A stretch of 64,000 nt of DNA from Squalus acanthias (Eukaryota), in NCBI GenBank assembly GCA_030390025.1, contig CM059432.1, positions 82,648,001 through 82,712,000 on the forward strand. Direction: 5' to 3'. The notes under the pieces are model-generated. The model saw nothing but the letters and a program-made list of their open reading frames with translations, was not told the origin of the DNA and made no database searches. Numbering within the stretch: position 1 is the first letter of the stretch; each line of letters opens with the position of its first letter. Of this stretch, positions 53,302 through 63,711 are shown piece by piece. Both the position numbers and the translations under genes were made by a program.

Positions 53302-54521
53302 GGGCTAAAACTTCGGCAGCGGTAAAAACCTGCCAATGCCACTGCGGGCCGGTGACAACGGCCGCTGAAAATGGTGGCGCTGCCAGGTAAACTGGCATTG
53401 GTGGCTAATTAACATTGACCAACAAGAGGGAGAGGAGATTGAAGAAGAAGAAGAAACACCGTCACTCGATTTCACACTCCCAGCCACCAGCTACTCAAGA
53501 TCAACCAGCAAGGGTATTTGCAGTGTCCCCCACTGAAAGTCAGCAGCCTTCCACCAGTCATGCTGCAGCCACTAGGGTAGTACTGCGTGATATCAGTAGG
53601 ATAGGCAAAGGCACACACAAGACAATCACTAAGAGAATGCATAAGGGTGATGAGTTGATTTCTGGATGTCCTATTGGATGGATATATGTATAAAGTTGGA
53701 TTGGAAAGCTTGCTTTGTGGTGGCTTTTATTTCAGCATCGTGGCCAAGAGGACACTGTGCTGGTCAGTAACAGAGGGATGGTAAGGTATGGGACTAATGT
53801 TAAAAGGGGAATTGGGGTTGTGGTCACTGGTACTGCAGGTGGATGATTTCATCCCAGATATCCCGGCCAGAAAGGGGCCTTCTGCTTTCTCCTTTTCTGC
53901 TTCCTCCTCTTCTGCTTCCTCCTCTTCTGTGTCTTCCTCTTCTGCGTCTTCCCCGTCACTCTGCAAGCGGATGCTGTAAATCTGAAATGATCTCATAAAA
54001 TGCTGGAAATACTCAGCAGGTCAGGCAGTATCTCGACCTGAGATGTGAACTCTGTTTCTCGCTCCATGGGTGCTACCTGACCTGCTGAGTATTTCCAGCA
54101 TTTTCTGTCCTCTCAGAGGCCTTCCTTTACCATCCGAGGCCTTGCAAGTGTCCAGCAGCACTCCCTGCACACTTTAAAAACTTTTAACATGTACTACTAC
54201 AATAAAATTTTAAAAATCCAGTCCAAAAACTTAAATGTAAACTTACCTGAAAGACTGTGTGTCACTTTATGAAGTGCTGACAGTGTCTCTCTCTGCCAGT
54301 TTGCTGAATGCTCACTTTTCAAGCAAGCTTAGGACCCAGCGTTAAACTCATGCCGACTGACGTCACGCTCTCTTCATTTACATCTCCAGGACCACTAAGG
54401 CCCTCACCAAAATGGCAGCCACCAAGTCCCGCACCAGAGAAGGGCTCTAGAGTGGTGGCTGCCATTTTTTGCCATGATTCCAGAGCTAACGGGTGGCACT
54501 AAGGTAGGGAATTTCTAGGCC
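53302..54521 (+). mobile_element. Internally deleted, diverged Harbinger element retaining the 3' ends of both genes
   Basis: TIRs GGGCTAAAACTT and rc GGCCTAGAAATT, flanks TAG/TAA. 53540-53575 resembles 59880-59915. Minus-strand acidic tract (EEEDTEEEEAEEEE) resembles the transposase C-terminus. Confidence 0.65.
53967..54108. mobile_element. Palindromic Penelope-derived short element with decayed hammerhead
   Basis: Arms AAAATGCTGGAAATACTCAGCAGGTCAGG and CCTGACCTGCTGAGTATTTCCAGCATTTT. Same family as 62118-62310. Confidence 0.7.
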
Positions 54522-55048
54522 TAAGGGTCATATGGGTTAGAGAGCAAAGGGATCCAGGGGTGCACTAAAAGTAGTGAATCAGGTTAATAAGGCCATAAAA
54601 AAGCAAACCAAGCACTGGGGTTCATTTCTAAAGGGATAGAATTGAAAAGGAGTGAAGTCATGGTAAACTTATATAGAACCTTGGTTAGACCACACTTGGA
54701 GTACTGTGCACAGTTCTGGTCTCCATATTATAAAAAGGATGTAGAGGCACTGGAGAAATTGCAAAAAATATTCAAGAGGATATACCAGAACTGAGATGTT
54801 ATAACTATCAGGAAAAATTGAACAGGCTGGGACTCTTTTCTCTAGAAAAGAGAAGGCTGCGGGGTGACCTGATAGGGGTCTTTAAGATAATAAAAGGGTT
54901 TGAGAGGGTAGATGTGGAGAAAATGTTTACACTTGTGGGGGAGACCAGAACTAGAGGCCATAAATATAAGATAGTTACTAATAAATCAAATAGGGAGTTC
55001 AGGAGAAACTTCTTTACCCAAAGAGTGGTAAGAATGTGGAACACACTA

Positions 55049-56110
55049 TCACATAAGAACATAAGAACATAAGAATTAGGAGCAGGAGTAGGCCATACGG
55101 CCCCTCGAGCCTGCTCCGCCATTCAATAAGATCATGGCTGATCTTCGACCTCAACTCCACTTTCCCGCCCGATCTCCAGATCCCTTGATTCCCCTAGAGT
55201 CCAAAAATCTATCTATCTCAGCCTTGAATATACTCAACAAATCAGCATCCAAAGCCCTTTGGGGTTGAGAATTCCAAAGATTCACAACCCTCTGAGTGAA
55301 GAAATTACTCCTCATCTCAGTCTTAAATGGCCTTATCCTGAAACTATGCCCCCTAGTTCTAGACTCTCCAGCCATAGGAGAACACTCTCATCCCAGGAAT
55401 CAATCTAGTGAAACTTTGTTGCACTCCCTCGAGGCAAGTATATCCTTCCTTACACAAAGGAGACCAAACTGTGCACAGTACTCCAGGTGTGGTCTCACCA
55501 AAGCCTGTACAATTGTAGCAAGACTTCCTTACTCTTGTAGTGTCAGCTGTGGCTCAGTTGGTAGCACACTCACCTCTGAGTCAGAAGGTTGTGGGTTCAC
55601 AGTCCCACTCCAGGGACTTGAGCACATAAAACTAGGCTGACACACCAGTGCAGTGCTGAGGGAGTGCTGCACTGTCGGAGGTGCCGTCTTTGGGATGAGA
55701 CGTTAAACCGAGGCCCCGTCTGCTCTCTCAGGTGGATGTAAAAGATCCCATGGCACTATTTCGAAGAAGAGCAGGGGAGTTATCCCCGGTGTCCTGGCCA
55801 ATATTTATCCCTCAACCAACATAACAAAAACAGATTATCTGGTCATTATCACATTGCTGTTTGTGGGACTTTGCTGTGTGCAAATTGGCTGCCGCGTTTC
55901 CCACACTACAACAGTGACTCCACTTCAAAAGTACTTCATTGGCTGTAAAGTGCTTTGAGATGTCCGGTGGTCGTGAAAGGCGCTAAATAAATGCAAGCCT
56001 TTCTTTCTTTTCTTTTTACTCAAACCTCCTTGCAATAAAGGCCAACTTGCCATTTGCCTTCCTAATTGCTTGCTGTTCCTGCATGCTAACTCTTTGCGTT
56101 TCTTGTACTG
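55049..56110 (-). mobile_element. CR1 LINE 3' fragment (internally deleted), interrupted by a SINE
   Basis: (AAGAACAT)n tail and ORF 55151-55375 (GESRTRGHSF...FFTQRVVNLWN). Continues at 56016-56110. Confidence 0.88.
55540..56015 (+). mobile_element. DeuSINE (SacSINE1-like), full-length copy 4
   Basis: A/B-box head, Deu-like core and (CTTT)n tail. Confidence 0.9.
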
Positions 56111-56611
56111 AAAGGAATAGTTGAGGCAAGTAGCATAGATGCATTTAAGGGGAAGCCAGATAAGCACATGAGGGAGAAAGGAACAGAACGATATGCTGAT
56201 AGGTTTAGATGAAGTAGGGCGGGAGGCGGCTTGTGTGGAGGATAAATGCCGGCAGAGACCAGATGGGCCGAATGGCCTGTTTCTGTGCTGTAGACTCGAT
56301 GTAACCCAGTGTAAGAACAATTTTATATCTGGATGGGTTATTGATGTTGAGCGGGAAGAAACTAAATGGGGTTCCATTTTATTTTGACAACAGAGTGTCC
56401 TCAAAATGAGAATTAATTACACTTTGCAACAGTTTCCAGCCACATAAATCAGATAATACACCAATCCCACATACAGGGAGGTAGGACATTGTAGTAATCC
56501 ATACAGTACCACGCACACTATTTCAGTCTCAGAAGTACTTTTTAAATGTATTTAAATTTTTTGCTTTTTCCTTGAATTCTCCCCCTTTACCTTTCCTGTT
56601 GGGAACAAGCC

Positions 56612-57732
56612 TGAATAGGCTTGCCAGCAAAGTTGAAGCCCATGGAATAAAAGAGACAGTGGCAGCATGGATACGAAATTGGCTAAATGACAGGAAACAG
56701 AGAGTAGTGGTGAATTGTTGTTTTTCGGACTGGAGGAAGGTACACAGTGGTGTTCCCCAGGGGTCGGTTCCAGGACCACTGCTTTTCTTGATATATATTA
56801 ATGGCTTGGAATTGGGTGTACAGGACACAACTTCAAAATGTGCAGATGACACAAATCTTGGAAGTATAGTGATCAGTGAGGAGGATAGTCATCGACTTCG
56901 AGAGGACGTAGACAGGCTGGTGGAATGGGCGGACACGTGGCAGATGAAATTTAATGCAGAAAAGTGCAAAGTGATACATTTTGGTAGGAAGAATGAGGAC
57001 AGGCAATATAAACTAAAGGGTACAATTCTAAAGGGGGTGCATGAACAGAGAGACCTGGGGGTACATGTGCACAGGACAGGTTGAGAAAGCGGTTAAAAAA
57101 GCATACGGGATCCTGAGCTTTATAGAGTACAAAAGCAAGGAAGTTATGATGAACCTTTATTAAACACTGGTTCAGCCTCAACTGGAGTATTGTGTCCAAT
57201 TCCGGGCACCACACATTAGGAAGGATGTGAAGGCTTTAGAGAGGGTGCAGGAAAGATTTACAAGAATGGTTCCAGGGATGAGGGACTTCAGTTACGTGGA
57301 TAGACTGGAAAAGCTGGGGTTACTCTCCTTCGAGCAGAGAAGATTGAGAGGAGATTTGATAGAGGTGTTCAAAATCATGAGTGGTCTAGACAGAGTAGAT
57401 AGAGAGAAACTGTTCCCATTGGCGGAACGGTTGCGAACCAGAGGACACAGATTTAAGGTGATTGGCAGAAGATCCAAAGGTGACATGAGGAAAAACGTGT
57501 TTACGCAGTGAGTGGTTATGATCTGGAATGCACTGCATGAAAGGGTCATGGAGGCAGATTCAGTTGTGGCTTTCAAAAGGGAATTAGATAAGTACCTGAA
57601 GGAAAAAAATTTGCAGGGCTATGGGGAAAGGGCGGGGGATTGGAACTAGCTGAAGTGCTCTTGCAGAGAGCCAGCACGGGCTCAACGAGCCGAATGGCCT
57701 CCTACTGTACTGTAACCATTCTATGATTCTAT
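56612..57732 (+). mobile_element. 5'-truncated CR1 LINE with frameshifts
   Basis: ORFs 56572-57084 (GVPQGS, CADD) and 57227-57511. 3' UTR with TTCTATGATTCTAT tail. Confidence 0.92.
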
Positions 57733-58090
57733 GGGGGAAAAATTCAGTCGCGCCCCGTTTGGGGTGCAAATATCGTCCGGGCGCAAAAATTAGCGCCTGG
57801 CGCTAATTATCGCCACTGACTGTAAACTTCACTTTTAACGCCCCTGGAGGTGATTGGAGCGCTAAATCAGGCGCTGCACACCTGTCTTAAGGCGCAAAGG
57901 CCGAGGAGTGAGGCGCTAACTCAGAGCGCGAGCGCAGCGCAGTTGCTGCCAGTTAGCGAGGGAACACAGACACACTGGCGCCGGCCAGTTCTTAAAGGGG
58001 GGGGGCGATCTTGCTCCCCAGCCACACCCTGCTCATTGCAGCCTTGAATCTCGGCCTGGAGAGACCTGTGAATCCATTTTCCAGCCAAGG

Positions 58091-59988
58091 ATGGAGAGGG
58101 TGAGAGAACGAGCTGAGCGCTTCACCGAGCGGGCCTTGGATGCTCTGGTTGGCGCGGTGGAGCGCCGAAGAGCAATACTGTACCCAAAGAGTGGCAGGAG
58201 GCCTTTGCCGCGTGACTACAGAAGAGTGTGGAGGGAGGTGGCTCAGCGCATCTCCTCCAGGAGCATGGTGCCCAGGACCCATGTCCAATGCCGGAAAAAG
58301 TTCAACAACCTCACTCGGGTCGACAGGGTGAGTGGCTTTTTTGCAATACCTCTCCATCCCTCCATCTCAACCTCACTCTATGGCCAGAGGGTCTTAAAAC
58401 CACAATTAACAACACTCATCCAACACCTATGGCCCTTTCATGAAGCACACACACACATTCCATACTTTGCATACAGTAAGGGCTATTCACCTATGGGAGG
58501 CACATCAGGCAAGACCATGGCTGTATACAGTAAGGGCTATTCACCTATGGGAGGCACATCAGGCAAGACCATGGCTGTATACAGTAAGGGCTATTCACCT
58601 ATGGGAGGCACATCAGGCAAGACCATGGCTGTATACAGTAAGGGCTATTCACCTATGGGAGGCACATCAGGCAAGACCATGGCTGTATATTTACTCAGAC
58701 GCCGTCCTTTTCTTGCAGGCCAAGCTGGCGCATAATAGGAGACAGCAGCAACGGACAGGTGGAGGGCGGCCTCAGCTGCAACGCCTCAGCGATCTTGAGG
58801 AGCGCGTCCACAGGATTGTGGCAAGCCGGGTGATCGGTCCCGTCGCCACTGGAGACGCCGACCCCGTTCTGGACAGCAATGGTAAGGTCATCACCTTTTT
58901 GTCCTCTGTCCTTCCACTTGTCCCTCACAACACCAGCCTTTGACACTTTCAATCCAACTTACTAACTCGCTGCACTTATTCCTCCCTTACTGCCACCCTG
59001 TCCTTACGCTAAAGCCACTCTTGTACCTCCCTGCTTTCAGATGGTGATTCACCAGCTGAGGAGACGGGCCCTCAAGCTGCCAGTGGGAGTGAAGCTGCAG
59101 CCGAGGAGGAAGAGGAAGCCGGAGCATCAGTGCCACCCTCTCCCGAGGAAGCCCATGCCGACACTGGGAACACGCCTTCCCTGGAGGGGAGCAGGGGGCA
59201 AGGGTCTGATGAGGGTGAAGCTCCAGGAACCAGCGGGCTGCAGCAACGCGATGGGGGTAGGGAAGCTCGGGGGCCTTCTCCCCGGAGGGAGAGTATGCCA
59301 GCGAGTCCTGCTGCACTGGACGCAGAGGAGGAGCGGCTGATCGCGGAAATGAACACCCAGGCGGTGGGCATGCACACTGAGCTCATGGCTGCAGTGGGAA
59401 GGGTGCCCGAATGCATTGAAGCACTGGCAAGGAGTGTGGAGCACTTTCGCTGCAGCGCAGGCGGATGCGACACTGAAGCTCAGTGCTGCAATTCAATCTC
59501 AGACTGCTCTCATGCAGACTCAGATTGAGGCCACGCGAGCACTGTCTGCTGCCATCCTCGCTGGTTCGTTCACATTTCCCCGGGGCTCTCACCGCGCCGC
59601 AGCAGGCCAGCAATCTGTGCTCCAGCAGATTGCTCCGGATGCTGAGGTGCTGCCCCGTGGGAGTGCCAGTGTGCCGGTCAAGCTGGGAGTTGCTGTCCTC
59701 GCTCAAGATGACAGCATTCCTGCTGCCACCACTGTCACTTCTCCACTGCAGTTGCCACCGCCTGTAGGACAGACTGCTGCCGCCCATGCAGAGTTGGTGC
59801 AGTCTGCAGCCGGGCCCTCCAGGCACAGAACTGGTCGAGGCCGTCCCTCAAGGGCATCTGCATTGTCAGGGCCTGACAGTCAGCAGCCTTCCATCAGCCT
59901 TGCTGCAGCCACTGAGGTCCCATTGCGGAGGAGCAGTAGGGTAAGAAGGGGGGAAGGGCGCACAGGAAGGAGTTCACCCTCGATGTAG
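58091..59988 (+). pseudogene. Harbinger Myb/SANT-like DNA-binding protein; exons 58091-58327, 58719-58881, 59041-59988; frameshift at ~59446
   Basis: RFTERALDALV...WREVA...QCRKKFNNL (trihelix/Myb-SANT) and a TGGG motif. GT-AG introns with matching phases 0 and 1. Confidence 0.85.
58471..58688. repeat. 54-bp tandem repeat, 4 copies, in intron 1 of the Myb-like gene
   Basis: ATACAGTAAGGGCTATTCACCTATGGGAGGCACATCAGGCAAGACCATGGCTGT starts at 58471, 58525, 58579 and 58633. Confidence 0.95.
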
Positions 59989-60299
59989 GAGGTGTGACAA
60001 AATGCTGGTCATTTTTTTATTAAAGGTCGAGGTTCGTGGTCAAACTTTTGTTGAGTGTTTTGCACATGATCTCCAGGTTGTGAGAACCAGTTATGGTAAT
60101 GACTGTTTTTTTGTGTTTATTTGTATGAGTTTGTCATGAAGAAATGACACACACAGAGTTTGTAAAATAAATAAGTTTTGGTACTCAAAATATACATGTT
60201 TGGTGTTTGGAATCATTGGTGCCTTGGCCGGCTTAGGGGTTACGTGTTGGGTTCATTCATGCTGTTCTCAATGGCAGAAGCCATTTCCTCAGCAGGGGC

Positions 60300-61445
60300 C
60301 TAGAAGCGGCTTGCTATCAGCCGCTGACGGACGGCCCTTGCAGTTTCACCATTGTGGGCCGCCCTCACGCCTTGGTGCTGCTGCTGATCATCCTCCTCCT
60401 CCTCTTCCTCCTCCTCCTCTGGTGGTGCTCCAAGGCCTGGTGGCATTGGCTGGGTCCTGAGGATTGCCATGTTATGCAGCATGCAGCACACAACTACGAT
60501 GTTGGAAACTCGCTCAGGCGAGTACTGCAGGGCTCCTCCAGAATGGTTGAGACAGCGGAACCGTTGCTTGAGCACGCCGATTGTGTGCTCCACGATGTTC
60601 CTGGTAGCTTGATGGCTCTCGTTGTACCGCAGCTCAGCAGGGGTGTTGGGCGTACGGAGCGGTGTCATCAGCCAGGTGCTCAGTGGATACCCCTTGTCCC
60701 CGAGAAGCCAACCAACTGGCTGATGCGATGCCTCGAAAAGTTCTGCCACAGTAGTCTGGCGCAGGATGAAAGCATCGTGGCAGCTGCCAGGATACTGGGC
60801 ATTGACAGCGAGTATCAGCTGTCTGTGGTCAACTGAACATTCAAGGAATGGAACCCCTTTCTGTTCTGGAAATCCTCGGCATTCTCATGCGGAGCACGCA
60901 AAGCCACATGCGTGCAGTCAATGGCGCCCTGCACCATGGGGAAGCCCGCTATCCTGGCAAAGCCCAGAGCGCGTTCTTGCTGCTTGTCTGGGGTCATGGG
61001 GAAAGAGATGAACTCTCGTCTCGTTTTAAAGAGGGCATTTGTGACCTTCCTGATGCAGCAATGCACCGCGAACTGGGAGATATTGGCGATGTCCCCAACA
61101 GCAGATTGAAATGAGCCAGTAGCATAAAAGTTCAGAGCCACTGTGATCTTCACTGCCACCGACAGAGACGTCCTGGACCTCAGTTGAGGCTGCAGATCTG
61201 GCTGCAGCAGGTGGCAGAGCTCAGTGACCACCTCCTTGCTGAAGCGCAGCCTTCGCAGACACTGCTCCTCAGACATATGAATGTAGGAGAGCTGTTCACG
61301 ATATACCCTGCGAGGGTAAGCTCTCCTGTACAGACTCCTGTTGGCCCTCCTCCGTCTGACCATCATTGCCACTCTCTCTCTGCGTCTCTGTCTTCTCCGA
61401 TTCAGCTGGCGCAGGACGACACCCCCCCATCAGTGCAGCCCCCAT
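60300..61445 (-). pseudogene. Harbinger (HARBI1-like) DDE transposase with two frameshifts
   Basis: GAIDCTH, NRKGFHSLNVQ, PGSCHD, LLGDKGY and RNIVEHTIGVLKQRF motifs. Frameshifts at ~60830 (small deletion) and in a G7 run at ~61425. Confidence 0.92.
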
Positions 61446-62117
61446 ATCTCTTAGCAAGCAAAGTTATGAAGGCCAGAAACCAAAGTACCAGCGAAGTTTG
61501 GATGAGCAGCCAAAACTACCTCACACAGCGTTGACTCAATGCAGAAGTCTCTCTTTCTCTCTCTCAGAATCTCTCTCTCTCTCTCAGAACGAGTGGTGCA
61601 AAAATGTCCACCACAGAGAAAGACAGGAAGAGGCCCCCTTTAAATAGCGCCCCCCCCAGTCCCACAGCGAATGATAGCTTTCCACTCTACCGGTCGTTGG
61701 ATGCGCCAGGCGGTAAGGATGGGGGCGCCACTGAAATTCTGCTCCGGGGCGCCACAAGGGCGTTGCACTCTCGTATGACGTCACAATCTGCGCGCGCAGG
61801 AGATCGCGGCGATAAAGTTTAGCGCCGCTGCAAAATGTCCAGTGAAGTTCCCGAGCGGCGCAAACATCGCTGCGCCCGGGCGCTAGCTGCTTTGCGCCCC
61901 ATTAGCGCCCTCTTAAGGCGCTAACGGGAGGCGCAACCAACTGAATTTTTCCCCCTATGAATGTAGTGACTAATACTTTGGTGGAATCCTTTGAAGGCCC
62001 ACAGCTGAAGTGCCCATTCTAAGTGAGCTTAGATACTAGCCATTGAAGTCTCATCCTGTCTTCTCCCCATGCACTTTCCAATAGTAGTCAGTAGATAATA
62101 AATGCATACAGGAATAT

Positions 62118-62310
62118 AAACAGAAAATGCTGGAAATACCAGGCAGGTCAGGCAGCTTCTGTGGAGAGAGAAACAGAGTTAACGTTTCAGGTCGATGACC
62201 CTTCGTCAGAACCAGTTCTCTCTCCACAGATGCTGCCTGACCTGCTGAGTATTTCCAGCATTTTCTGTTTTTATTTCAGATTTCCAGCATCCGCAGTATT
62301 TTGCTTTTGT
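62118..62310. mobile_element. Palindromic Penelope-derived short element
   Basis: ~55-bp inverted arms at 62118-62172 and 62216-62270 enclosing a hammerhead motif. Confidence 0.8.
62178..62212 (-). ncRNA. Minimal type-I hammerhead ribozyme motif (PLE-type)
   Basis: Minus strand reads GTT-CTGACGA-A-GGGTC-ATC-GACCT-GAAA-CGTT-AAC: stem I GTT/AAC, intact core, stem II, palindromic AACGTT. Confidence 0.8.
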
Positions 62311-63086
62311 AGTAATGCAAACAGGAACCCTGGCCATTTTTTATAGCAGCAAATTTGTTGACCAGCGAGCCTCTGGTCTATATAGTTTAGCGCCACACAA
62401 CATAGAACATTGACCCTCTGAGTCATCAGAGAGAGCCTTTGTTTTTGTACGGTATATTGGAATATTTAACAGTCCCACATCTATGCAAAGTTAGGCAATC
62501 TCTGGGCATTTCCATCATTACTTTTTTATGGCTGACTGACTTGCTTTCCAAATCAATAACTTGAGCAGAAGTGCAGGTAATGCCCTCGGTGGCTTATTAG
62601 TTGGCTGAGTGTCTCATATTGTGCTTCAACATGTGACAAAAAATAAGTCAAATTAAGGTTGATTTTGCCTGCAAGAATTAGTGAGATAATTACAGCTGTT
62701 GTTTTTGTCTTGGGCAAACCAGACTATATAATTTGTTTGTTACATTTTATAAAAGGAATGACCTACACGTGGATTGTCTGTGGTGAGATTTAACCCTCGG
62801 AGAGATGCCTTGGGTAGAACACTTCACACTGACTCCCAGTTTCTATGAGCACGGAATTTCATGGCCATGTTAAGTGGTCAAATAAAGTTGCAAAGTTTCA
62901 AATATTTATGCTCGAAGCACAAATTTATAAAGGTATTTAATTTTAAATCAGTTATAGAATTCTGTAATACAAAAATGTTCCAAAAACATGGCATGGTAAT
63001 GAAAAAAGGTCTATTATTTTGCTGTCCATTTATCGTGGCATTGCTCTGGTATTTTCCTAGACAGCATTTATATTTAACCCTTGCAG

Positions 63087-63127
63087 ATGTATTTAGATGG
63101 GAGAATAAAACATTTACATTATGCTAG
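63087..63127 (+). CDS. Putative host-gene terminal coding exon D (DVFRWENKTFTLC*)
   Basis: Acceptor TATTTAACCCTTGCAG. Phase 1 matches exon C (G+AT=Asp). Ends at TAG. Confidence 0.5.
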
Positions 63128-63389
63128 CTCTAAACTTAATGCAAATGTAGTGAAAATGTGTTTTACTCCTCTCCTCTTCTCCTTTTCTGCCCCAGTCTTA
63201 GCCAACATTTTTCACTTGTATGTTTCTCTTCACACAAAGAGTGATCAACACATGGAATGAACCTTCAGGTAGGATATTAGAGGCAAAAAGCCTAGGAACA
63301 ACGTTTTTTTCTGCAATGTGAGGAACTCCTGGATTCTACCATGTTCAAAATTGAAGCCATTCAATATTTGCTTCTGCCTCCTCCGGCTA

Positions 63390-63710
63390 CCTCTCAACTA
63401 CCGCTTTCCCACAACACCAGTCACAGTCACAAATCACACCCTGTGCGGTTGTGACTGTGGTTCTCTGTCTCTCCTCATCCTCCTCTTCAACCTCTGAACT
63501 GCCTTTGACATTGTTGACCATTTCATCCTCCTTCAACATGTCTGCTTTGGTGTCCACCTCCATGGCACTGCTCATTCCTGGCTCCACTCATAGTTGTCAC
63601 AACATGATATTGTATCATCTCCAGTGACTTCTCCTTCTCTGCACACACAGTCACTTCCAGTGTACCACAGACCTCCATCTCTGGTCCCCTTCTTACAAGT
63701 TACCACTTGG
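63390..63710 (+). mobile_element. Degenerate L2 RT fragment
   Basis: CTGCCTTTGACATTGTTGACCATTTCATCCTCC (AFDxVDHxIL) and a decayed VPQ..SGP motif. Confidence 0.55.
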
Positions 63711-63711
63711 A

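Larger units (their letters stand above)
52945..56305 (+). mobile_element. CR1 LINE 3' part, split into 52945-53301, 54522-55050 and 56110-56305 by nested insertions
   Basis: SVLGPLLF...SKFADD...HFGRKN, then YRTLVRPHLEYCAQFWSP...FFTQRVVRMWN, then 3' UTR GATGGGCCGAATGGCCTGTTTCTGTGCTG. Confidence 0.85.
57733..61955. mobile_element. Full-length PIF/Harbinger DNA transposon (convergent Myb/SANT gene and DDE transposase)
   Basis: Perfect 16-bp TIRs GGGGGAAAAATTCAGT, TSD TAT (57730-57732 and 61956-61958), and two convergent genes. Confidence 0.95.
61985..62345 (-). mobile_element. Degenerate AmnSINE2-like SINE hosting a palindromic insertion
   Basis: GAAGTGCCCATTCTAAGTGAGCTTAGATACT...GCACTTTCCAATAG, resuming with CAGGAACCCTGGCCATTTT after 62310. 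Confidence 0.45.

Noticed and set aside
58328..58735. Repetitive C-terminus of ORF 58091-58735 as normal coding sequence
   Set aside because: It lies in a GT-AG intron. Splicing to 58719 restores the expected TGGG-containing continuation.
60300..61445. Domesticated HARBI1 host gene
   Set aside because: It is bounded by TIRs and a TSD, paired with a Myb-like gene, frameshifted, and has MITE derivatives, so it is a transposon copy.
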